A DNA stretch of 64,000 nucleotides from contig JAQGDQ010000056.1 of assembly GCA_030141605.1 (NCBI GenBank), positions 722,510 through 786,509 on the forward strand. The letters run 5' to 3'. Below, one piece after another: positions 24,557 through 37,023 of the stretch; the stretch's first letter is position 1, and every line of letters starts with the position of its first letter. This stretch comes from Tubiluchus corallicola (Eukaryota; Animalia; Priapulida). Below the pieces are notes generated by a model, which was not told the DNA's origin, made no database searches, and saw only the letters and a list, made by a program, of their open reading frames with translations. Both the position numbers and the translations under genes were made by a program.

Positions 24557-27500
24557 CTAATGACTACGAGGACGGCGATAATGTCAATAGCTGACATAAG
24601 CAAAAATGTGCAAAAATTTTTGGTTTCCAATGGCACTTGATACTGTTGTGTCTGCTGATATATAAATATGCACCGTTGTAAAATATTCGCATTTTTCTTC
24701 AGTTACACTTCTTACTCAGGCTCAACAAGAAGAAGAATCATTGATCAGATTGCGAGAGGTTTGTAAGAAAATTTTCTTTTAAGTAAAGCGGAATAAATCC
24801 AGAGATTATGTCGTTGTAAAAATTTGATTTTCGCATCAGAATTGAATCAGCGGATGTTTGCAGTTGATCGAAATCAGAAGACGCTGTTTGGAGATTTGGA
24901 TGTTTTTATCATTTATTCATTTTACTGTTAACACAAATACAGTTAGACATTTTCGTGTATGTATGAACATAGCGAGATTTCATATAATGATAGCGAGATT
25001 CACGTGTTTCATATAATAGCAATTAACATCAGGATAATGAGGATCGTGAAGACGACGAAAGATTTTAATAAAATAGAATTTTATTTGTTTTGCCAAGTTT
25101 TTTGGTTGAAATATCATAAAAGCAGAAGAAATGGAAAACATAAAAAATAAAAATGAATGGCAAAACCAATGGAAGTAGCATAAAATGTAGAAAGGTTAAA
25201 AGATTTTAAATATTAAATAGAATTCGAAATTTTCAGTCTCGAGATTTCAATGTAAATTTACACTTCGCATTACTTGTATATTTTCAGTTAAGTGGTGCAT
25301 TAATGGCTGCCTCAGCCGTGCAAATGTTGATAGGATGTTTTGGGTTCATTGGCTTCACAATGCGTTTTATTGGTCCTCTTACTATAGCGCCCTCAGTGGC
25401 TTTGATAGGAATTAATTTATATCCAGTTATTAACCGGATGTGTGAAAAACAATGGGGTATTGCCATGTTGTAAGTGGATTATTATTTTTTATTTTCTTCG
25501 GCTTGTATTATCAATTTTTAAACCGTTATTACTATTCGGCTGGAATTGTCAAGGAAATAGTGATGGTGGTAATGATGATTATGGTGTTCATACTCATGCT
25601 GCTAACGATACGTTATCGCGATATGAATATGATAATGATGATTATGATAATCTGCTTCAGCTGCTGTTGATGATGATGATACATTGTTTTATTTTTGAGG
25701 ATACAGATGGTAATGATAGTGATGACTAGTTTGGAAGTGACTACAACATAGCCAGATGCAATATAACCTAGTTGTTTTAGCAAAGCGGTAGTCTAGTGGA
25801 GTCACATGATATCATGTGCTTGCACTAATTTTGCAACGTGCCATTTCTAAACATTCTAGTCTCTGAGTGCAGAAAAAACATTGCCAGAATAAATTTGAAG
25901 TGAAAGTATGCAATATTTTGCACATAGCATCGAACACATAGTTAATGGTGTGATGAGTATGTTGTTATTTTGTCTGAATTTAATCTGTTTGTTGTTGGCT
26001 GTAACATAGTTTTAAATATTGTTAGAGCGATAAAAACTATCTTTTGTACATTAATTAAGGGAACTCCTGACAACGATTTTTTTAAATTGAATTGCAAAGT
26101 TTTTAAACGAATAGTTACTTTAAACTATATTAATATTTCATGAGTCTTCTAATGTCTTCTTGCTTTGGTTGTAGTACGATTGCTGTTGCACTAATATCAA
26201 CTTTATACATTGGTAAAAGAATTCAATTGCCATTCCCCGACTGGTCAAGGGCTGCAAAATGGAGAACTTTTCGAATTCCTATATTCACTGTCTTTCCGGT
26301 AAGAACAGCATGACATCAAATAATACGCATTTTGAAAAGTTGCGGCGTGTAATAAATGTCATGCCATCTCAAACTTCTCAGCTCTTAGTTTATCATGCTT
26401 GATCCCTAGGCTCAGGTGACTTAGTGTGTGTTAGATTTGCAGGATTCCATTAGGACTCATGACTCATGTGTTTATTATGCTGCTGTAGATTATGTTTGGC
26501 ATGGCGGCAGGATGGATTTTATGCGGAATTCTAACAGCAGTTAATGTCTTTCCTGAGGATGCCAGCAAAAATGCTTACTGGGCAAGAACTGATTCTAAAT
26601 TAGAGTTTGTTTCCAGTTCACCATGGTTTGCTATCCCATATCCAGGTAAGGTAATGTATAAAATTACGTAAAAACGTTTTTGTTCAGATAAAGTGAAAGA
26701 TCTTTTATTCCTTTTATTGCTGTGGAGCCTTAAAATATCTGTGTCAAGAATTAGAGGTGATCTTTTTGGTGACTCTCCAAAGATTTTCTTTAAGACTATT
26801 TCCTTTTCCCTTAAACATTCTTAAGTGTTTTTTTTTTAGAAAAATAATCAAATCCTTTTATGTTTATGTTGAATTATGATTAAAAAATTATATGCCCGGA
26901 AATTATTTCACTACATGTAAGCAACTTCTTGAAACAATTCTCTCTGACATTTTCAAATATCAGGTTTTGTTTGTAGGACAAATGGGAAGACCTACTACAT
27001 CAATTGCATCATTTGTGGGTATGCTTGTAGCAATTTTTGCTGGCATCATAGAATCCGTCGGTGATTACTATGCTTGCGCAAAGATATGTGAACTGCCACA
27101 GCCACCAGCCCACGCGGTGAATAGAGCAGTTCTAATAGAAGGCATAGGATGCTTTATGTCTGGAACTATGGGCGGTGGAGTTGGTGTTACTTCATATAGT
27201 AATGAAATAGGTGCTCTTGGGCTAACCAAGGTAATGTGGCTACCATCTCTCTTTTCACCCTTTCTGCTTCTTTTGTTTTCTTTTTGCTTTGCTCCTTTCT
27301 TCTTTATTTTATCTGTCTTTCTCTCTCTCTTCTCGGTACTCGGCTCTCGTAGCCACATGGCTTTATATCTAGTTACATTTGACAACGGTTGGAAAAATTT
27401 TGCTAACCAATGTGAAAATATTTATTCCATCGTGTTTTCTACATTGCGCATTGCAAAGTGAGCTTTTTCATATGAACAATATTACCGATTCCCTTCTGTC

Positions 27501-30500
27501 AACGCATACTCTGTAAGTAATTAGTTTTTTACAAACTGTATTGTTACTTCATTGATCATGGTTACAAGAACTATGTCAGCCAGGTTTAGTCATTTTACCA
27601 TCTGTCAAACTTGCTGTTAGTCGCATTAGCTGTAATAATTTGTAATACATTTTATTTTTTATACAAATTTATTTTTTAGGTAGCATGTAGGAAACTCATT
27701 TACACGGCGTCTGCTGTCATGATCATTTGTGGTTTCCTGCCCAAATTTGGTGCATCTATCAATACAATGCCTGTGCCTGTTACTGGTGGAATATTTTGCT
27801 TGGGTATGGGTCTAGTGACAGCTGTAGGTATCAGTAACTTGCAGTACATTGAGATGAGCTCGTCAAGAAATCTCACTATTCTGGGATTGAGCATGTTATT
27901 GGGCGTCATGTTGCCTGAATACATGCGATCACATCCAGATGCAATTAATACAGGTATTATTGAAATAGAGGTGATTGAAATAGATTTGCAAATTCACGTA
28001 ATGGTCTTTATTTTGTAGATTAAATCTTTCTTTTGCATTTTTACCCAGTTTTTATTGTTTTTACTGTTTTTTTATTAAGCGTATTTTAGCTTATTTATCT
28101 TTTTCATTACAATTTAATTTCGCTTATTGCTAAAATGTAATGTTATTGGTAATGCGAAAGTTTAATGCATAACATTATATTTGACATTTTTTGCAAGGCC
28201 TTTTTGTTACCGATCTTTAATTATTTGAGTAAGAGCAAATGAGAAAGAGCAAAAGGGAAGAGAGGGAGAGAGAAAGGGATTTCGCAGTGTTGGTCTTATC
28301 CGGATCAGATTTGTGTGTCTCGTCCACACACATGGGATGCTTGCACTTTCGTTCGTTCGTTAAAAGAGTCCAGCAAAAGAGCCCGCCAACAGTTTGAAGA
28401 GTATAGATTTTCAGAGACTGTTTCTATTACATTCGGTACACTTTATTATTAAATTCTTCTAACAGCATTCACGTTGCATTTGCTTTGAAGAACATGCGAA
28501 GGACACAGTTTTGTCGACACTTAAAATTATTGTCTAGACAAGTGATTGGGGGATAATATGAAAATAATTCATCAATGGCCCATAGTTCTAAAAACAAAAA
28601 ATATGAATGATACCATTTTACATAATTTTTTATCAATTTTTTAAGACAGTTTCACAATTCCCAAACAACTGTATGAGTGTAACAATTGACTTCAAATTAG
28701 GTCATCTTAAGCAAATGAACACTGAGAGTTTTTTGTGTTTGTGCATGCTACAAAGAAATCAAATAATTTCCCTTAGGAAACACAATCCACAGGAGTCTAC
28801 GATCACTGGTTTGTTATATTAGACACCCGTATTAAATAATTTGAAGTTGGTAGAAAAGTAACTGGGTTTCCCCAGGAAAATGCTTTTTGAGAAATATTTT
28901 GTCTGGAAAACTGATATTGTGGAGAAATAATTTTTCTGTGAAAAATCCTTTTAAAAATAGCTTTTCTGAGAAACGCATGTAAACTATAATCATTAGATTT
29001 CATTGGCTAAATCGAGTATACATATTCAGTGTTGATTACTTTTGTATTATGCGTTTTTGCTTCTACGTTCTGCTAATTTATCTTTCATAGGTATACGAGA
29101 GTTTGATCAAGTTTGTAAAATGCTTCTGTCTATGGGTTTTTTCGTTGGAGGAATGGTTGGATTTTTTTTAGATAACACCGTCCCAGGTACATACATTACT
29201 TGTATTTACTATATTGAGCTGCGTCACCAACAATATCTCATAAGTTATGCACAAGCCAGGTTATTTTGTTTAATTATTAATTGCGTAGGCTGACTAGAAC
29301 TAGGGTAGAAAGCATAAAAAAGATTTATACGTCCATGGGTTTCCCCGTTTAAGGAGTGGTTGGATTTTTTTAGATAAAATTGTCTCAAGCAGAGGGGTTA
29401 TTTACTATCTTGAGCTGTTTCACCAACCACAACTCATAACTTATGTACAAATTCATGTCACTTTGTATTTACTTAATTATTGTTAAATTACTTCTTACTA
29501 ATTAAAATGTTTCTACGTCAAGTTCGCCTGTAAGAAAATGTCTTTTTATTTCGAGTTTAAATATAGTGAGTTTTTTGTATAAGCATTTAGCCAGTTTGCC
29601 AAACTTACAACTTTTTATGCCCCTTGGCATAAAACGATAACTTATGTTGTCTCACTTGCCTGTTTCGAGATAAAAGGTAGGAGTTCACCACAAAGGTTTC
29701 AAATAAGTACAAATAAAACATCTTGAAGCTGAAAGACGATTAAAATGTTTTAAACCATTTAATTTCTTTTAATTTTGGAATGTCGCTGATTTTGAGCACA
29801 ACATCAATACAGTGTGATAATGAAATCTAGTACTGTTCTAAGGTTCTAGATCCGATACGTAGAAAGAAAATCATCTTTTAATATAGAAATTTGCGAACTA
29901 AATATTGTTTATTGTGTACAGAAAAAAGTCGTACCATAAACTAAACTAAACATATCTTTCTCTACAAATTGACCGAGTTAGAAACCTGAACTGTATTGAA
30001 GCCCATATGAATAAAGCGGAATTTAATTTCTCGACAAGTACGTACCAAATAAGAATTGAAGCATACCAGTTAACAGTTACTGCTGAATGTCATACGGTTT
30101 GTGGGCTAATGACGTTCATTGCAAATAGCAGGAGAACGTCTTAATTGTGTCACTACTTAGCTTGCACGTAACTCACAATCCTTAACCCGGCAATGCAGCC
30201 ACAATTACCTGTCTCAACCTAGTGAGAATAAACACATTTAAAAGGCAAAAGAAAAGCCGGCCACTAATAAGACTAAATTACTTCAGGATACATCTTTCAA
30301 CAAGCCAAATTGAGCAAGTAATAACAGTAATCACAACAGTAATGTAATGTCATTATGACACTGCAACACCGAATCCAATTATTTCTTCGTATACAGCCCT
30401 TTAAGAGTATTATTTCAATGTCCCATGGGGCGAAACGGGTCAGAGAGTGCCTTATTTGTAGGAAACCTAAGAAGATTTTTCCATTTCAGGAAACGCAAAA

Positions 30501-30752
30501 GAAAGAGGAATAATTTTCTTCTCGAGCAATGTCAAGTCTTATGATCCTCGTGAACTGAAGACGTACGACTTGCCATACATCACTGATGCACTTGGCAGGG
30601 TGTCTTTTACTAAACACATTCCGATTCTTCCCCAATTCAGGAGGAAGCAGCTTCCAGAACAGCACAGCTTTCAGAACAACCCTGTTACAGATGTTGAAAT
30701 GCAGGAGCAGCTAGATGGGGTGGGGAATTCACAGTCATCGTCAAATTTATGA
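11446..30752 (+). CDS. SLC23A1/2-like: SLC23 / nucleobase-ascorbate transporter (NAT/NCS2) family protein, paralog A, 13 coding exons, 648 aa
   Basis: Exons 11446-11542, 21835-21915, 22881-22996, 23288-23445, 24336-24424, 24703-24758, 25288-25469, 26175-26298, 26489-26645, 26977-27230, 27680-27953, 29091-29186, 30490-30752. All are GT-AG and phase-consistent (1947 nt, open frame). Family motifs: YGVDDSPP..GLQ, RLPIIQG, IGPLTIAP, WARTD, IESVGDYYACA, PPAHAVNRA, SSRNL, LDNTVPG..ERG. The first two exons encode an unconserved N-terminus and are less certain. Confidence 0.93.
11859..12230. mobile_element. Second copy of the hAT-type MITE family, inverted relative to 3398-3718
   Basis: cagggccgggttatgatcttt..ggctaatgaaattatg..cccctcaga matches the reverse complement of 3650-3718, and internal matches continue to ~12185. 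Confidence 0.75.
12725..12836. mobile_element. Short foldback MITE (~110 bp)
   Basis: cagtttcgtaaagccgtcactaacttaacgacgtcgttat ... ataacgacgtcgttaacttagtgacaactttatgaaaccg: ~40-bp inverted arms around a ~19-nt loop. Confidence 0.75.
16005..16133. repeat. (GA)n microsatellite
   Basis: Direct reading of the sequence. Confidence 0.97.
16839..16955. repeat. (GA)n microsatellite
   Basis: Direct reading of the sequence. Confidence 0.97.
21079..21172. repeat. (TCAG)n microsatellite
   Basis: Direct reading of the sequence. Confidence 0.97.
23481..23959 (+). mobile_element. 5'-truncated RTE-like LINE 3' end in an intron of SLC23 paralog A
   Basis: Frameshifted LFNAYVTSIFMYNSEMWVLT..EIDVFQR..KWPYIISN..LGHLMKLPETKPVRLAL; (GAA)n tail at ~23947-23959. 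Confidence 0.75.
24477..24556. repeat. (GAT)n microsatellite
   Basis: Direct reading of the sequence. Confidence 0.97.
29331..29485 (+). repeat. Degenerate tandem duplicate of the 3' half of exon 12 plus adjacent intron of SLC23 paralog A
   Basis: gtccatgggtttccccgtttaaggagtggttggattttttttagataaaattgtctcaag..tatttactatcttgagctgtttcaccaac parallels 29128-29255; the GT donor is lost. Confidence 0.8.
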
Positions 30753-32546
30753 GTTTTGTGATACACAGATATGTTAGTTAACATGAAAAGCCAAATTTGC
30801 CAACTTGTTGAAAGTGAAGCACTGAAAATGGAATTAATCGAAATCTATAGCCGCGTATAGTTTGCCTGCTAACAAAGTACGTTGCATGTGCTGTCGTATG
30901 ATGTGACTATAGAAGTTTGTTTATCAGAGTTAACTTGATATTTTTTAAGTACGAGTCGATGAAGCCTCTTTTTTCTTATACAGTAGCCTATTTCAAAATT
31001 GCATAACAGTAGAAAATGAAAATACTGTGTGTTAGTTGGTCAGTTGAGACAGATCCACTCCTGCTATGTGATTCTCATTAATAGTTATTATTAGTATTTA
31101 AGCGGAAGATTTTTTACTTGAAAAATCTACATTGCATTCGAAGGCATAATAGACTTTGTTCAAGAATTTTATTACGCTGAAATTATACTTTTTTCTTTAT
31201 AGTATTTTAAGATGTGACGTGATATTTTCAACAATGAATTTTGTGAACTGTGCCAAACTGACAGGACTGTACACAGGGAATAGTTACTATTTTTCTTCAA
31301 ATTCTATTCCTATAAAAAATATTCAGGGTTGCCTATTACAACAAAAACTACTATGACAGCTTTAAAGGCTTAGAATAAAGAAGCGGTCAAGCCATCGAGA
31401 AATGTTGTTTTGCTTTTCGTCCTAATGGAGTGCCACTCTTAAACAAAAGTAGTTAGATGGAAAGCTGTTAAAATTTTAGTTTCAGGAAGTTACATCAAAA
31501 AAATTTACTGTTAATTGTTTAAGATAAATTGGTGTTTTGTAATGCGCAAATAAAAGTATGTGTTCAGCATGATCTTAATACAATTCATTCTTGCGCAAAT
31601 TGTTTTCCATCCTCATGTACATTCGCGTGATTGTTGCTGTGAACAACCTTGCAGACTAGAGCCTAGTTGTTGTCTTCAATATATTGCCAATTGTACAAAA
31701 GTTAATTCGAATTATCTCAATTGTAACACGATATATTTTACGGTGTCATTTTGAAATTGCTTTTGTTTAAGTATTGTGATACAGAACTTGAGACTTTATT
31801 AGAAATAAATACGGCATATTTTTCTAACCGCTTTTGTATTGTTTATTGGTGTGTTACTTTTTGACTAATGAAAAATCTGTTAAAATTTTTTATTATGCAA
31901 ATAATCCTCAACTTTTTATGTGCTTGTCAGAGAGCGTTAAATGATTTTTAACCAAGGACTGCGCCTGGGCCTGCAGTATTATTGATCTAATGCAAACTAA
32001 TATGGGACATTATTCGCACTTTCAGTTTACTTTTTGCAGATAACTCACTCATTCTATCATATTATTCATCCAGTTACTTTTATTTATAATTATCAATATA
32101 ATATAAAGGCCTTATAATATTAATTATTTATAAACTAATTGATTTTTTTCGTGTTCCTATTCCATCTCCTATTCCAAAATTAAAATTTAATATTGAATTT
32201 GCACTTTTAGTTATAATTCTGTTCTTTACTAGACCTATATTGTAGCATTATAGGTCTTGTCTTGTTCTGCTCTTCTTGTTACAACTTGTACGTGGTGTCA
32301 ATATATGACTGACTCGCCTTGCACCGAGAAACTGAAAAGTCGAAACAAAAACCGACAAAATCGTGTGAAATAGCATTTAATTTTAAATAAAGAATACTTG
32401 CTTTGAATACCTGGTATTACTGCCATTTGCTGCCCTACTTTAATTAATAGAGAGATAGGATCGTAGCAACCTCTCAAATTGGCTTTTAGTTCTTCAAAAA
32501 TTTCATTTTTTTGTCTTTGAACGCAAAGCGCTGAAAATTAGAAAAA

Positions 32547-33010
32547 NNNNNNNNNNNNNNNNNNNNNNNNNNNNNNNNNNNNNNNNNNNNNNNNNNNNNN
32601 NNNNNNNNNNNNNNNNNNNNNNNNNNNNNNNNNNNNNNNNNNNNNNNNNNNNNNNNNNNNNNNNNNNNNNNNNNNNNNNNNNNNNNNNNNNNNNNNNNNN
32701 NNNNNNNNNNNNNNNNNNNNNNNNNNNNNNNNNNNNNNNNNNNNNNNNNNNNNNNNNNNNNNNNNNNNNNNNNNNNNNNNNNNNNNNNNNNNNNNNNNNN
32801 NNNNNNNNNNNNNNNNNNNNNNNNNNNNNNNNNNNNNNNNNNNNNNNNNNNNNNNNNNNNNNNNNNNNNNNNNNNNNNNNNNNNNNNNNNNNNNNNNNNN
32901 NNNNNNNNNNNNNNNNNNNNNNNNNNNNNNNNNNNNNNNNNNNNNNNNNNNNNNNNNNNNNNNNNNNNNNNNNNNNNNNNNNNNNNNNNNNNNNNNNNNN
33001 NNNNNNNNNN
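32547..33010. other. Assembly gap (N run)
   Basis: 464 consecutive N. Confidence 1.
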
Positions 33011-35159
33011 CATTTTACACTGTCTTTGAGAGAATTACAGATGCCGTAATGCAGAGGATTACGCCCAATTTTTTATTGATAACAAATTTGCCAGTGCTAT
33101 ATCATTGATGGTGAAGACCATGATGTAGCCTGTTTGATTTGATTTCTTTATAGCTTGGCTGTTATATATTAAGTGCTTTATACTTCAACGTGGCTGTTTT
33201 TCAATTGGAGTTTAGCTGACATCTTCCCGCATTTAATTTTTTAACGTGCAAAAGCTTTTCGGTCTTAATCTAAAAACTACCAAAGCAGTAAAACTGTAAG
33301 TTTCACAGTGAAAAGTCAATGTACCGTAATATCGCACTGTGAAATTTCAACTTTGCAAAGTACTTGCTTCTAATATTATTGCAGTCGAAACTACGGTACA
33401 GCTTTTCTTTGCCACCCGATACATATATATATCTGTTACATCTGAACAGAATGTCGTTCTCAATGAGCTATATCTGTTACATCTTAAGCATAACGTTACG
33501 CATTTAACAATGTTAATCGTCTGTTACGTCCTTTCGGTTGAAATTCAAGTGAAAAAATATAATTCACAATACAATGCAATAATGAATTTGCAATGATAGC
33601 AGGATAAAATGGCTGGGATTCTTTACATTCCAGAAATATAGGTAAATAAGCTGAGCCAACAAAAATGTTTTTATGGAATGTTAGACTAGATTAAGTCTAA
33701 AAGTGAGGCTTGTTTGTCGAGACGGAACTCTCGATACTTGTAGGTTGCAGGTTGACAAATGGCAGAACGATGCGCCTACCTTTTTTGAGCTAATGCTTCT
33801 CAGACCATAAACCTCAGCGAATCAAAGTGCAACAACAGAGAAAAGAAAATTTATTGATGTACGTTCAAGTTACAGAAACTGTACCGGTAAACATATTATG
33901 AACATGATATACATAATTTATAAGATTTGTGCGCTACAGGTTTTATAATGTACATAGCGTGATTACACAAACGTGTTCAGTTCCCGTTGTAAACATCTCG
34001 TTATCTTTAATAAATGTTTATTTTGTATGAAATAAGCTTATTTTATCAATAAGGATAATTGCTAATTAATTCTTAATGCCAAGAACAGCGAATAGTTCCA
34101 CAACTAAAAAACAAGACAAAAAGATACAAACACACGACATTATGAGCTGCCATTGCAATTTATCTTCATGTGAAGGTTAATTACAAGAAATTATATAGAA
34201 TTAGTATTACTGATTTTTTGGGGAGTTTTATTTTTATTTATATTATTAGTTTTTGCATTAGTTTCTGTTGTGTCCCACTCTGTTTCTATGACCGTGGCAA
34301 ACGATTTTATATTTACGTGTTTAAATTTTTCCTTGTCCCTTACGTTTTGCTTATTTGCTTTGTCCATGTTTATTTAGGGTGCTTCTAGTGTGATTGTATT
34401 GTTTTTTAGCGTGGTGCTTCAACAAAATTATCAGTTGGAAGTTGCTAGAGAAATGCTGTGCAAGTTGGTAATTAGATAGATTTTAGGCCTGAGTTAACTC
34501 GCACATGTATTACAATGATAGATGTTCTTAAAGGAAGACAGGATGATTTTTCTTATACAACCCCATTTTCTGGGGGTGTACATTTTAAGGCAATTAATAC
34601 TGCAAAAACGTTTCTGATAATTAAATAATAGATTAAGAACTTAATTAACGGCGGGCGAGCCCAACTATTGATGACATCACAAACTAACATAATTTTCAAC
34701 AGCAAAAATATTTCACGAGCGCGTTGCACGTGTTTGTGAAAAGAAAATTGAAGTACAGTGCTACTGTAAGAGATTCAGTGTGTTGTTATAAAACTCGGCA
34801 AGTTTTACGATAAAATTCAAATTTCGAATTTACTGCTGCGCTCACGCATGAGCTGTCGAACGTGTGTAGTTCGTCTGAAACTAACACATCTGAACTGGGA
34901 TATACAGCACCTGTTTTTTGTACAATGCGTTTCCGAAATGCAGGCGCTAGTGCCTGTCTAACTAGCGAATGGCGAAATGCATGTAATGGCGAAGAACTAG
35001 TAGCGCGAATGCGAAATTGTGTTTGTGTGGTAATAATTCTTTCATGTAAGGCATTCTTGAAAAAATATTATGTTTCCTTTCAATGTTTTAAAGAGTAGAT
35101 TTGACCTACAGTTTAAGATTGCGATGGTTTTGCTTTAAAATTCTTGTACTTTTCGATAG

Positions 35160-35720
35160 GTCGCCTGCAGAAAACTAAGTTACACAGCCTCAGCAGTTTT
35201 GATAGTAGTTTCTGGTTGTCTACCTAAACGTGGTGCATCTGTCAACACAATACCTGTGTTTGTCTTAGGAGGAATAACTAGTCTGAGAAAAAAACTAGTG
35301 CACTAGAGTACATACAAGTGAAAGTGCATATTAATTCTAATTAGCATGAATTAATAATTTCAGATAACCATGCAATCACAGTGATGTTAGTTACTATTAT
35401 TTGTTCTATGTAGGTGTTGTTGTAATAGTGAGATTTTTGAGATGCTTCTATTTATGTTTTTTAGATGCCGACGTTGTTGGTTTCTTTTTCGGTAACACTG
35501 TCCCAGGTAAGGTTAACTTTTTGTCTTACTAATGCGATATATCATTCTTTGACGTTTGTCTTCTTTACGTCACACACTAAATTATTATAATTAATGTGTT
35601 GCATTACAGGTACTGCCAAGGAAAGAGGGGTGCGTCGTTTTTCAAGTAATACAGTGCTATGATACATACACTGTTACAGAAGAAAGCAAAAGCAGCATGC
35701 CATTTCCAAATGTTGACATT
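35160..35720 (+). pseudogene. Decayed third SLC23 paralog (remnants of the last three exons)
   Basis: ag|35160 reads VACRKLSYTASAVLIVVSGCLPKRGASVNTIPVFVLGGI then a stop (paralog A: VACRKLIYTASAVMIICGFLPKFGASINTMPVPVTGGI). ~35414-35506 is a frameshifted exon ending VVGFFFGNTVP|gtaagg. ag|35610 reads GTAKERGVRRFSSNTVL* (paralog A: GNAKERGIIFFSSNV). Confidence 0.85.
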
Positions 35721-36532
35721 TTAAAGCACTTAGATAATAACACACTGCCTACCAGGTTATACGCAACTATACTGTATCAAACAACTCGTTTTTTAAATTG
35801 GAGTTGATTTGAGCATGTAGCCTTATTTTTTTTTATATAAAATATTTCAATAAAAAATCATTTCCACATGCGGTCCGTATGAGGCTTGACTAACATTGAC
35901 AGGCAAAATGTTATAAGGTTTTTATTACACCACATTGGTGGATTTTGAAGACCTGGTAGGAGATTTTCGGTTATTCACTTGCAGAGTAACGTATAAACAG
36001 GTTTGTTTCGCCGTGATATTGTTGTCATTGATCTTTATGCAATATGGTAACGCACGGGTTTTAGTATGAGACTTAATTTTTTTCGTCGACTACCTAACCA
36101 TTTGCGACAAATAACGGATCAAAAAGTCTACAGGTCCACACGGTTTTAACTTCTAAGTTACGAATACTACGAATGTACTTTATACACATTTAATTTTCTA
36201 AACTCCTGGTAACAAAACGATACTAGACTATATGAAATATTTAATTGCGATTGTCTATTAAGCGCCTATTCTACTGAAATCTACTGAAGGTCAAGTCTTT
36301 TAACGGGGTCTTTGAAAGGCAAGTATTGTTAACTGTTCAGCATTGTTTTAAAAATTAGCAGAATACGTTAATTAGCAAAAATTAACATGGCAATATTAAT
36401 TTGTTAGATCGTTTCAAATAGCAAGAAATTTTGAAGGCGCTGATGTTATACAGTAAACAATTTGTTCTGCACGTGTGGATTTGTTTAATGATGATCGATT
36501 TCGTATCATAAATCACCATGTTTGCTAGGTCT

Positions 36533-36691
36533 TTGGCCGTGCACGTTTGCCCAATACAATCCGAATAGAGTATATAATCGTAAATATGCCTGTATCATGT
36601 AACATAGTAAGCCTGGGCCTTCGCTGTAAGAAAACTGAATCGAAAAATATAGTATAAACTGCTACCAAGAGAACTAAGCAACCAAGTAAGC
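36533..36691 (+). promoter_or_regulatory. Candidate core promoter and non-coding first exon of SLC23 paralog B
   Basis: CCAAT at 36551, TATATAA at 36571, donor gtaagc at 36686, and an acceptor at 37012 just before ATG 37024. Confidence 0.5.
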
Positions 36692-37023
36692 AGTAATGAA
36701 TGTCTGCGTATTATAGTACAGTTCGGACGTCTGACTAATAGGTACGTGGTTTTTTTATGAGTAAACGCAATAATTCTTTGAAGAACGAATTTTCGCTAAT
36801 TTGTATTCAGACCTCTAACATTTTTAATATGAAAGTCTGCTACAGCGAATAGGCCTAACTGTTTTTGTTGCAGTTTCGCAAACCTAACAATTATTATAAA
36901 ACATACAAAAAGCGTATCGTTAAAACTCTATAGAGACATTCGCTAGATACGCAAGGGCAAAGAATGTTTGGTTTCGTGAGCTATTATTTTCGTACACGAA
37001 GTTTTTATATAGGGTATGACGTC

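Noticed and set aside
24442-24636. Poly-His/Ile and poly-Asp/Met ORF segments (also 48697-48888)
   Set aside because: They derive from (GAT)n/(CAT)n intronic repeats; only 24336-24424 is a real exon.
27068-27924. Minus-strand ORFs overlapping SLC23 exons (also 25284-25466, 44049-44297)
   Set aside because: They are antisense shadows of real coding exons.
32486-33013. 175-aa ORF
   Set aside because: Artefact of the N gap.
33804-33886. Open exon-like segment (cag|..|gtaaac) upstream of the SLC23 pseudogene
   Set aside because: No recognisable similarity to either SLC23 N-terminus and no partner exons.
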